Positions 7,439 to 14,998 of a stretch of 26,639 bases of DNA are shown piece by piece (positions within the stretch are counted from its first letter, which is position 1; each line of letters starts with the position of its first letter). Made by a program: the position numbers and the translations under genes. Location: positions 1 through 26,639 of the IMG/VR virus record IMGVR_UViG_3300032295_000123; one strand, written 5' to 3'. This stretch comes from a virus (lineage: Duplodnaviria > Caudoviricetes). The notes beneath the pieces were generated by a model, which made no database searches, had not been told where the DNA came from, and worked only from the letters and a program-made list of their open reading frames with translations.

Positions 7439-9531
7439 CAACGTCTCCCGTCGGGTCTGATGTCAATTCGCGGTGCGCCAAGCTGCCAAGTCGTGTTGAT
7501 CTGGTTCGACCCCACTTTAAAAATCAGCTGACGCCCACGCACACGGGTGTAAATCTGCCCGGTAAATTCCTCAGTAATCACGTAGGCGTTGCCCTTGACC
7601 ACGTTCTGGCCAGCGTTGTCGATAGAGCCGGAGCCTGAGTTGTACAGCCCATACAACGTCATGGTGACTTGCGGAGATACGTTGTTGTAGTCTGTGGCGT
7701 TCTCAAAAGTCAAGTCCGGCAAGATGCGCCAAACAAAACCAAAGTTGTGCCCATCCCCGATGTCAAACTCAGACGAAGAAATGTACGCCTCAATTGGCGC
7801 GGACACCTCTGTAGTGTTGTCGTTAAGACCGTTTTCGTGCCCAACAATGTTGTAAGCGTACGTAGCGGCTAGTGGGTACTTGCTTAGCCCGGAGTCAAGC
7901 CAAGCAGTGCGGCCCATCGTGCCGTAGTACCAGATTTTTTCAGCGTAGTTGTAGATAACGTACTTGTCTACCACAGTGGAACCCGCCGAGCAGTAGAACC
8001 ACCAGACCTCGTTGAAACCCTCATTGGTCCCCGCAAACACCTGCGCAGACTGGTCTTGGTTAAAGTCACTGAATATATACCGACGCAAATCGCAGTTGAG
8101 TGTTTGCACCCGGCCATCGTAGGCGTAGAACTTATCCACGCCCATCCAGTACACAATACCCGAAGCCAGCGCAACGGAGTTACGCCCTACTATGGATACG
8201 TTATCACCAAGAAGTTGCGGTGCCCATACGTATGGTGGCCCAAGGTACTGCAAAGAGTACACAGCCGAATCAGTAAATACTACAACTTCCTGTCGCGTCT
8301 GAAGCGAGGTAACGATTTCAGAGCCGTGAGACAACCGCGTAAAACCTGCTTGGTTGGTTGCGTCTGGCGTCCAGTTGTAGATGTCGTCCTGCCCTGACCA
8401 GCGAATCAGCATCGGGTCAATTGTTGCCGAGCCGTAGTCGTTACACCCCATAGCGATAATAAACCGCGAAGTGTCGGAAATAGTAAATGAATTAAGCGCT
8501 GTTGGAATATCAACGGGTGTTATCGTATGCACACCAGACTGAGTGCCCGAGGTATTGACGACCGCGCCAGCAGAGTCAAGAAGCTTAAACGTCAACCCGT
8601 TTACTTCAAACACGTAATAAGTTGTACCAGCCGTAATACCCGTAGGCAGCGCCCCTGTCGTGGAGAATTTAATTGCTGCGTTCTCGGTGTACAAAATGGT
8701 GGAGGTAACCACCGCAGGGGACGCAATGGTTATGGTCGCTGTACCGCCCAAGCTATTGAGCAAAACGCCACGAGAAGCTACGCCACCTCCAACGTCCCAG
8801 TAATACAAGCCCCCGCCACTAGGCGAGAACACAAGGTCTTCGCCGTAGTTAGACTGACTCCACAACTGCAGCGGAATTGGGTCGGAAACCCCAGTACCCC
8901 ATGGGCCTAACCCCCACCCACCAGCGCCCCAGCCGACAAGCGGGATTTGAACTTCGGGGCCAGTGTTGAGCTGATAGGCTGCAACAACCGACGCCCCACC
9001 ACCGGGGGAACCTGACACGTCAGTTGCGTTGGCCACTGCAGAAACCGTAATGGTGTAGCTGTTTGCGTTGATAACTGTGACTTGGTACTCGGCGTTGAGG
9101 ACGCCAGCCGTGATGTTGCCACCCAAACCAACCGCGCCACTGAAGGTTACAAAATCCCCCGTATTACAACCATGAGCCGTGTCTGTGACGGTGATGACGC
9201 TGGAGCCGAGCGTAGCAACAAACGGGTTGTTGTTGATGGTGCTGGACGCACGGATTGGGGTGACATCGTAATACTGCCCACCCTGCTCGATGTAGAACTT
9301 CAGGTTTGTGCCCACACCAAGCAAGTTGGCTCCACCCAAGGTCACCCAATTCCACAAAGAACGGCACACGCCTTGAAAACTAAAGCTGGAAATGCGTGTC
9401 CAGCCGCCGATTTTCTCAGGGTTGCCCTGACGGAACCGGATTTTGTCGCAGTCATACCAACCGCCCTCAGTGGTGTAGCGGGTATTTTCCCGGTTGACAC
9501 CCGGTTTGAACAGTATTTTTTGTAACGGCAT
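7438..9531 (-). CDS. Tail nozzle / tail tubular protein B-like (P22 gp10-like beta-propeller), 697 aa
   Basis: AGGAG RBS; Trp/Tyr/Gly-rich beta-strand repeats (LIRWSGQD, NEVWWFY, KYVIYNY..IWYYG); size and position directly before ejection genes. Confidence 0.7.
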   Translation of the reverse strand: MPLQKILFKPGVNRENTRYTTEGGWYDCDKIRFRQGNPEKIGGWTRISSFSFQGVCRSLWNWVTLGGANLLGVGTNLKFYIEQGGQYYDVTPIRASSTINNNPFVATLGSSVITVTDTAHGCNTGDFVTFSGAVGLGGNITAGVLNAEYQVTVINANSYTITVSAVANATDVSGSPGGGASVVAAYQLNTGPEVQIPLVGWGAGGWGLGPWGTGVSDPIPLQLWSQSNYGEDLVFSPSGGGLYYWDVGGGVASRGVLLNSLGGTATITIASPAVVTSTILYTENAAIKFSTTGALPTGITAGTTYYVFEVNGLTFKLLDSAGAVVNTSGTQSGVHTITPVDIPTALNSFTISDTSRFIIAMGCNDYGSATIDPMLIRWSGQDDIYNWTPDATNQAGFTRLSHGSEIVTSLQTRQEVVVFTDSAVYSLQYLGPPYVWAPQLLGDNVSIVGRNSVALASGIVYWMGVDKFYAYDGRVQTLNCDLRRYIFSDFNQDQSAQVFAGTNEGFNEVWWFYCSAGSTVVDKYVIYNYAEKIWYYGTMGRTAWLDSGLSKYPLAATYAYNIVGHENGLNDNTTEVSAPIEAYISSSEFDIGDGHNFGFVWRILPDLTFENATDYNNVSPQVTMTLYGLYNSGSGSIDNAGQNVVKGNAYVITEEFTGQIYTRVRGRQLIFKVGSNQINTTWQLGAPRIDIRPDGRR

Positions 9532-9547
9532 ACGGGGTATTCTCCTA

Positions 9548-10063
9548 TTAACTTAGGAACAACGCAATCTCTGCTTCCCGGCGCTTGACCAGCCCGGGAA
9601 GAACTTTGCCGCCACCTTTGGTCCAAACCCGGAACGCATCTGCTGCGCCATCCCAGTCACCCCGGTTGGCACGCATGCGGATGGTACTGCGCTGGAGGTT
9701 GCCCAGCCCGAAGTTAAAACTTATAGAGACCAGAGCGTCAAAGCTGCCTTGACGCCCAGCCACGCCGGGAACAAGACGAAGAACACCCCGTTCAAAAGTT
9801 CCGACATCAGTGCGGAATAGTTCGTCGATCTCCGTTTTCGTCCAGACACGGTTGTCCTCCGGTTTCAATGGGAACTCACTGCGGATCATGGGGATGTCCT
9901 CTTTGGTCTTGCCCGGTGGCCGCACCATGGGGAGCCTGATCTGCTCTTGATATAGGACATGGCCGTAGCCAATCGTCCAGATGTGGGCTGGGCAAAGGTA
10001 GGGCCGAGAGCGAAAGCCCTCGTACCTGTGCATCAGGTCTTCACCTGCCTTGCTCAGTTTCAC
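9548..10063 (-). CDS. Endolysin, GH24 phage lysozyme (171 aa)
   Basis: EG..RPYLCPAHIWTIGYGH catalytic motif, FDALVSISFNFG, LPGLVKRREAE C-terminus; GTG start overlapping holin stop. Confidence 0.95.
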   Translation of the reverse strand: MKLSKAGEDLMHRYEGFRSRPYLCPAHIWTIGYGHVLYQEQIRLPMVRPPGKTKEDIPMIRSEFPLKPEDNRVWTKTEIDELFRTDVGTFERGVLRLVPGVAGRQGSFDALVSISFNFGLGNLQRSTIRMRANRGDWDGAADAFRVWTKGGGKVLPGLVKRREAEIALFLS

Positions 10064-10563
10064 TTCTTGCTCCACTGACGGCTACCGAACCAGAACCCGA
10101 TGATCCCGCCAAGCATCGCCATCTCGTCGCTGGAGAAAATCAGGTCGGAGTAGCGGATGATGTCGTCAATGCTGGTGATCAGGCCGGGGGTCTGGTACAG
10201 ATACCAAGCCATAAAGGCGTTAATCGCCACCAGCTCAATCACGAAGATGTAGGTCACCGTGGGGCGCACAGTGCCCACGTAGTTGGCAACCCATGTAGAG
10301 GCCTTTTCCAGCACCTTGGCGTCATGCTCAAGAGCCGCCTCAGTCATCCGGGCATCGGTCTCCATCGCCACCTGATCGGTGCGGACCTCTTCGATCTTCA
10401 ACTGGGCGGCAAAGCCTTGGGCAGCCAGAGCCAGTTCGCGTTCGTTCTGGAGTGCAGCCAGCCGAAGCTCATGCGCTTGATCGGCCTTGTTCTGGAAAAA
10501 CTCCAGCAGTTTGGGCAAGCCGGAGATCAGCAGACCCCCAAGGGTTGAAAAAAGTGAAAGCAT
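10060..10563 (-). CDS. Putative holin, 3-TM type
   Basis: N-terminal hydrophobic helix, coiled coil, VRPTVTY then TM, C-terminal IIGFWFGSR motif; adjacent to lysozyme. Confidence 0.75.
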   Translation of the reverse strand: MLSLFSTLGGLLISGLPKLLEFFQNKADQAHELRLAALQNERELALAAQGFAAQLKIEEVRTDQVAMETDARMTEAALEHDAKVLEKASTWVANYVGTVRPTVTYIFVIELVAINAFMAWYLYQTPGLITSIDDIIRYSDLIFSSDEMAMLGGIIGFWFGSRQWSKK

Positions 10564-11171
10564 CAGTTACTCCTTTTGGTCAACATTGCTGAAGCGATCT
10601 CCAGCATGAATTTTACTTGCTCAAGGTTTTCTGGCTGCTCTGCCCAGCCCACCGTGATCTGCCCAACAAACTTGTAAGAATCCGGTGGGACACTGACGCG
10701 ACAGGTGTAGGTCACGCCCTTTTCCAAGTACCACAAACCCACTTCAGACTGCGCGTAGCGGTACTCGCCGCACGGTATTTCGTTGGTCATCAGCTTGATG
10801 ACGTCATGGTTGTTGGCTGAGTTTTTGCTGAAAAGCCCCACATCAATGTCTTCAATCGTCTTGTCCCTGCCTTCTTTGGTGTACGCCCTGTATACCACCC
10901 GAGAATGGAAAAGAGGGTTCACCTTGAACACCGCCACCACTGCTGCTCCTGTCCTCTTGATCAACATAGCACTGGCGTCATCCACACGGTCGGTGTTGAT
11001 CTCTGGCAACTTCTGGGACTCCTTGTAGGCATCCCTCATAAATTCCTGATTTTCCCAAAGAAAGTACCCAACAAACGCCACGACACCCATGATGAGGATG
11101 GCAAACAGCTTGAACGGCGAGTCCACATACCCAAGCACCTTGTCCAAAACTGATTCGGGTTTGTCGCTCAT
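10563..11171 (-). CDS. Single-TM membrane protein with GAF-like C-terminal domain, T4 holin T-like (202 aa)
   Basis: N-terminal amphipathic helix, one TM (FAILIMGVVAFVGYFLW), GAF-like strand pattern ending VGQITVGW plus final helix; located in lysis cassette. Confidence 0.55.
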   Translation of the reverse strand: MSDKPESVLDKVLGYVDSPFKLFAILIMGVVAFVGYFLWENQEFMRDAYKESQKLPEINTDRVDDASAMLIKRTGAAVVAVFKVNPLFHSRVVYRAYTKEGRDKTIEDIDVGLFSKNSANNHDVIKLMTNEIPCGEYRYAQSEVGLWYLEKGVTYTCRVSVPPDSYKFVGQITVGWAEQPENLEQVKFMLEIASAMLTKRSN

Positions 11172-11617
11172 TTTCGGATGTACAGCATATAAATGATGAT
11201 GCCGTAGACGATCAGGCCAGCAAGGATGACTGAGGCCACACCCAGCACCAGATACTCAATCAGTCTGTCCATCTTCGCTTTGCGCAGCTTGATGGCTTTG
11301 ATTGCAGCCTCTTTCTCTTCCCTGCGCCTTCTGGCTGCTTGGGCCTGAAACTTGATCCAATCCTCCCACATCCCCGGACGACCAGCGTAGACCATACGCT
11401 CACGCAAATCTTCTTCTTGTTGCCGGAGATTCTCCAGCGCCATGAATTCTTCAAGGTCAGAGCCGCCACCCTTTTTGTTGGCAGACTCCTGAATTTTGGC
11501 CTTGTTGTCGAAGTAGTCAAAGACTCTTGAGCCAAGCTGATGAAGCTCCTTGCCGTTAGCCAGTGCGCCTTTTATTACTGCGAAGGCCGCATTCGCTGCT
11601 GCAATTTCGGCAAGCAT
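11168..11617 (-). CDS. Membrane-anchored coiled-coil protein (149 aa), function unknown
   Basis: GGAG RBS; charged helix then C-terminal TM (LVLGVASVILAGLIVYGIIIYMLYI); ATGA overlap with next gene. Confidence 0.8.
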   Translation of the reverse strand: MLAEIAAANAAFAVIKGALANGKELHQLGSRVFDYFDNKAKIQESANKKGGGSDLEEFMALENLRQQEEDLRERMVYAGRPGMWEDWIKFQAQAARRRREEKEAAIKAIKLRKAKMDRLIEYLVLGVASVILAGLIVYGIIIYMLYIRK

Positions 11618-11716
11618 TTACATTCTCCACAACAACGGCGCTATTATGCTTGTACACCAAATTACCAGCCCAATCAGAAGGGCCGCTGCAACGAATGCGA
11701 CGGCCCAATCTTTCAT
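11618..11716 (-). CDS. Small single-TM protein, 32 aa (MKDWAVAFVAAALLIGLVIWCTSIIAPLLWRM)
   Basis: Not in ORF track; exactly fills the gap, ATGA overlap with upstream stop and TAA immediately followed by next ATG. Confidence 0.7.
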   Translation of the reverse strand: MKDWAVAFVAAALLIGLVIWCTSIIAPLLWRM

Positions 11717-12300
11717 GGCCCCGTAGTGGTTGTCGTTGTGTTGGTGTTGGTCACCACAGTTGGAACAGCCGTATTGTCAGTAATACTGCCACCAGCAAGG
11801 CGACCACTGTTGCCAGAGTTTGACCCACTGTTTGCTCCTATTGAGTAAGAACCTGCGCCAATTACACCGTTGCCGCCAATCGTTGTGACGTTGGCTGCGG
11901 GCGCTTGAATCTTGGATGCGATCCCAACGAAGGCGTTATTGGTGCTGATGCCTAGAGCCGTGGCGTTGTCAGACTGACGCATTCCCAAGGATGTCTGTTT
12001 GTTGATCGTGTAGATTTGGCCGACAGTAGGCAACAGAAGTCCTGTCCACTGCAAGGCATGGTCTGCCCATGACTTGGGAGCGTTGATCTGCGTGTTCTGC
12101 TGACCACCACCCATCTGGAGAGACATGACCGCAGCGACCTTGGCTGTGGTGTCGCCTTGACGGGCGATGTCAGCAAGGGCTTGGTAACGCGCTGCTTGGG
12201 CCGCTGCTTGCGCTTTGTGGGCGTCAGCGTAGGCTTGGTACTCGGCAGTGGCGCAGCCCGTCAGGGACAGGGCGCAGAGGAGGATGGTGATCAGTTTCAT
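11713..12300 (-). CDS. Lipoprotein (195 aa), possibly spanin-like or exclusion protein
   Basis: AGGAG RBS; signal peptide II with lipobox LTGC (Cys16); Ala/Gln helix, low-complexity Gly/Asn/Thr tail. Confidence 0.75.
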   Translation of the reverse strand: MKLITILLCALSLTGCATAEYQAYADAHKAQAAAQAARYQALADIARQGDTTAKVAAVMSLQMGGGQQNTQINAPKSWADHALQWTGLLLPTVGQIYTINKQTSLGMRQSDNATALGISTNNAFVGIASKIQAPAANVTTIGGNGVIGAGSYSIGANSGSNSGNSGRLAGGSITDNTAVPTVVTNTNTTTTTTGP

Positions 12301-12617
12301 GCTTGCTCCTGTTGGTAGTCCATCGGCCCGATAGGTGCATTTAAGTCGGGGTTCTTGATGATGTTGAAGATGCGCGTGTTGTCTTCCAAAGCCAAAATCT
12401 CATGCGGCTCTTCGGGTCGGAAATCCAGAATCTGCCCAGCCACCGCCTCCAACTCCCAGTCGTGGGAATACGCCTTGATCTTGCCACGCGCCACGATGGT
12501 GATGTGCACATTGTCTTCGGTGTGGTTGTGCTTTGGAAGGATGTCTCCAGCCTTCTCAAAGTCATACATGGCCCCACGGATGGAGCCAAGGTTTTCAAGG
12601 GGCTTAACCGATAACAT
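12297..12617 (-). CDS. Cupin-domain protein (106 aa)
   Basis: GGGAG RBS before ATG 12617; LPKHNH...HITIVARG and PHEILALED metal-binding cupin motifs. Confidence 0.8.
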   Translation of the reverse strand: MLSVKPLENLGSIRGAMYDFEKAGDILPKHNHTEDNVHITIVARGKIKAYSHDWELEAVAGQILDFRPEEPHEILALEDNTRIFNIIKNPDLNAPIGPMDYQQEQA

Positions 12618-13026
12618 CTGGCGCGCTCCCGGGAAGATTGTCATTTACATCGGGCACAACAACCCACGAAACGGTGTCTTCATCCCACTTGTAGAACGGC
12701 GGGGTGTTTGGTTCTGGCATTGAAACAGGCGGCTCCCAGCCATAAGAAAAACTGTCGAACACCCAAGAAGGATAAGGTTTTGGTGCAGAAAAACCCACCC
12801 CATCCCAGATGGAACCGATACTTGCAAAGTTTTTGCGAAATGCTTTGGTTTGGTCTGGGTCGGGGGTATAGGTGCCGGGTGTGTAGTACACCCCGCCACG
12901 AGTGTTGTAGCTGGTCTGAATCCAAGTTGCCGGGTCGCCCCAGTTTCCCGTATTAATCTCGTCCTGCTCAATGACCAGCACCTGCAATACGACACCGTTT
13001 TCGTCAATTTGCGCAAAATGGCTCAT
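12604..13026 (-). CDS. Tail fibre-associated protein (140 aa)
   Basis: MSHFAQID...WIQTSYN...FRKNFASIG...PYPSW...YKWDE pattern; ATGA-coupled to the adhesin gene. Confidence 0.65.
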   Translation of the reverse strand: MSHFAQIDENGVVLQVLVIEQDEINTGNWGDPATWIQTSYNTRGGVYYTPGTYTPDPDQTKAFRKNFASIGSIWDGVGFSAPKPYPSWVFDSFSYGWEPPVSMPEPNTPPFYKWDEDTVSWVVVPDVNDNLPGSAPDVIG

Positions 13027-14030
13027 TTTGTAAACGTCCCTGAAGATGTAAACGTGTGGTAAGTGTATCCACCTGCCGACGTAACAGTGCCTCCGGTTGC
13101 AACTTGGCTTCCGGCGTATCGAATGATCACAATTCCTGAGCCACCGCTTCCGCCATTTGATGGGTTGTTCATTGATCCGCCACCACCACCTCCGCCGCTA
13201 TTGGCGGTACCCGGAAGTCCGTCGTCGGTAGCTCCGGAACTGCCATACCCACCATTTCCTCCACCGCCAGCCCCCCCTGCGGCACCAGAAAATGGCCCTC
13301 CGTTTGCATTGTTATATCGCCCACCACCACCACCACCAGCGTATGTGAAACCGTTGAGCCAAGTGGAGCCAGCCCCTCCGGTTGATTGCGCTCCAGTTAA
13401 ACCAGACCCTGCAGAGCTTGCGCCACCACCACCCCCACCACCGCGTAACAATCTACAGCAAGCCAAAGCCTCTGTGTACCCATTACCCCCGGCATTACCT
13501 TGACCTGCTGTGCCTGCGCCACCAGTAACAGCTTGCCAACTACCACCACCACCTGATCCGCCTGAGCTTGCAGGACGAGCGTTGTTGCCGTAATCTTGCA
13601 TCGCGCCATAACCGCCACCAGTAGAGGTTAGGCCGTTAAAGGAGGAATTTGACCCAGCCGTGCTAAGTGTGCTGTAAGGTGTTGCCCCGGGTCCTCCAGC
13701 TCCAACAGTTACTGCAAACGAGCCGCTGCCGATGTTTGCGGAGGCCGTTCTGTATCCGCCCGCTCCACCTCCGCCGTTACCTATTAAATAACCACCGCCA
13801 CCACCGCCGCCAGCAACAACCAAATACTCGATTGCCAAGGTGTTCGACTTCCCGTACAGAGAACTCATGCTCCACTGCGTGCCGCTGGTCGTGCTGACGC
13901 CAGCCAAAGTGCGGACGTTGGTCTGGTTCATCGAGATGGTCGCGGTCAGGCTCAGGCCAAGTTCTTGCGCAACACTGACCGGACTTGATGTGCCCCCCAA
14001 ACTCAGGGGGCCGCTTGAGGGCATTACCAT
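13023..14030 (-). CDS. Glycine-rich receptor-binding / adhesin-like protein (335 aa)
   Basis: Repeated GGGGG motifs separated by variable loops (polyglycine-II sandwich type), EYLVVAGGG start and GSGIVIIRY end; small N-terminal attachment domain ending SLYGKSN. Confidence 0.75.
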   Translation of the reverse strand: MVMPSSGPLSLGGTSSPVSVAQELGLSLTATISMNQTNVRTLAGVSTTSGTQWSMSSLYGKSNTLAIEYLVVAGGGGGGGYLIGNGGGGAGGYRTASANIGSGSFAVTVGAGGPGATPYSTLSTAGSNSSFNGLTSTGGGYGAMQDYGNNARPASSGGSGGGGSWQAVTGGAGTAGQGNAGGNGYTEALACCRLLRGGGGGGGASSAGSGLTGAQSTGGAGSTWLNGFTYAGGGGGGRYNNANGGPFSGAAGGAGGGGNGGYGSSGATDDGLPGTANSGGGGGGGSMNNPSNGGSGGSGIVIIRYAGSQVATGGTVTSAGGYTYHTFTSSGTFTK

Positions 14031-14039
14031 GCTTGCTCC

Positions 14040-14996
14040 TTATGGGGTGCCGTAGGCGGTGATGTTGTCTGCGGAAATCAGAGCACCTGCGCTGCTGAAC
14101 GAGGCAACCACTGTTCCGCCGTACTTGATCACGAGCTTACCGCTCTCTTCCATGATTGTGAAGTTGGTTGTTGTCAGGCTTGTGACGGAACCGCTCAGGG
14201 TGATGTTGCCCGAAGATGTCACGGTGCCCGAGAGCGTCAGGCCGTTGGCCGAGCCTGTACCTGCAACCGAGGAAACCGAGCCGCCGCCAGTGCCCGCACC
14301 GATGGCTGCACGGAAGTCCGCAGCGTTCAAGGAAGAGACGGTGTTGTCCGCATTGAAGCGCGGGAACGTCACAGCACTTGGGTTGCTGATCGTGAAGAGG
14401 TTACCCCCCAGCGTGGTTGCACCAAAGTTGGTTCGGGCTGTTGCCGCAGTTGTTCCACCCGAGCCGCCGTTGGCCACGGGAAGCGTGCCGGTGACGTTGG
14501 TTGCCAAGTTCACGAAGGTGGTGGAGCTTGTGCCTGTACCGCCCGAAGCAACAGGAAGGGCTGTCTGCAAAGTCAGTGAAGATAGATAGTCAATCTGCTC
14601 ACCAACATCTGTGCCGTTGTTGTACACCACAGTGCGCTTGCCCGCAGGGACTGCCACACCAGTCTGGCCGGACACCTTGACTGTCACAGCGAAGCTGGAG
14701 CCGTTGATGACGATGTATGGCTTCTGGATGGCCGGGACGTTGATTGTGCCCGCAGCAGATACCGCGCCAGCAGCAATGTTCAAACACAGTGCCCGGGCAT
14801 CCTGAGCAGCGTTGGTGTTGGAGAGCGTCAGTGTTGCCACATTGGCTGTGAAGTCGCCGGAGTCCAGAGTGGCCATACCCACAATAGCCTGCTCAATGGC
14901 AGTGCCAATGTTGGAATTGGTCGTGGTGCCCCAAGTGCCTGACTGCTCACCGTTGCCGATCAGCTCAAACTTTAGGTTGGAGAAGGTGCTTGACAT
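14040..14996 (-). CDS. Tail fibre / virion structural protein (318 aa)
   Basis: GEQSGTWGTTTN N-terminus, LPVASGGTG/LPVANGGSG fibre repeats, C-terminal NITAY. Confidence 0.75.
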   Translation of the reverse strand: MSSTFSNLKFELIGNGEQSGTWGTTTNSNIGTAIEQAIVGMATLDSGDFTANVATLTLSNTNAAQDARALCLNIAAGAVSAAGTINVPAIQKPYIVINGSSFAVTVKVSGQTGVAVPAGKRTVVYNNGTDVGEQIDYLSSLTLQTALPVASGGTGTSSTTFVNLATNVTGTLPVANGGSGGTTAATARTNFGATTLGGNLFTISNPSAVTFPRFNADNTVSSLNAADFRAAIGAGTGGGSVSSVAGTGSANGLTLSGTVTSSGNITLSGSVTSLTTTNFTIMEESGKLVIKYGGTVVASFSSAGALISADNITAYGTP

Positions 14997-14998
14997 GA

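Noticed and set aside
11618-12300. Programmed -1 frameshift fusing the lipoprotein to the 32-aa TM peptide (unimolecular spanin)
   Set aside because: No X XXY YYZ slippery heptamer near the junction; ATGA translational coupling explains the overlap.
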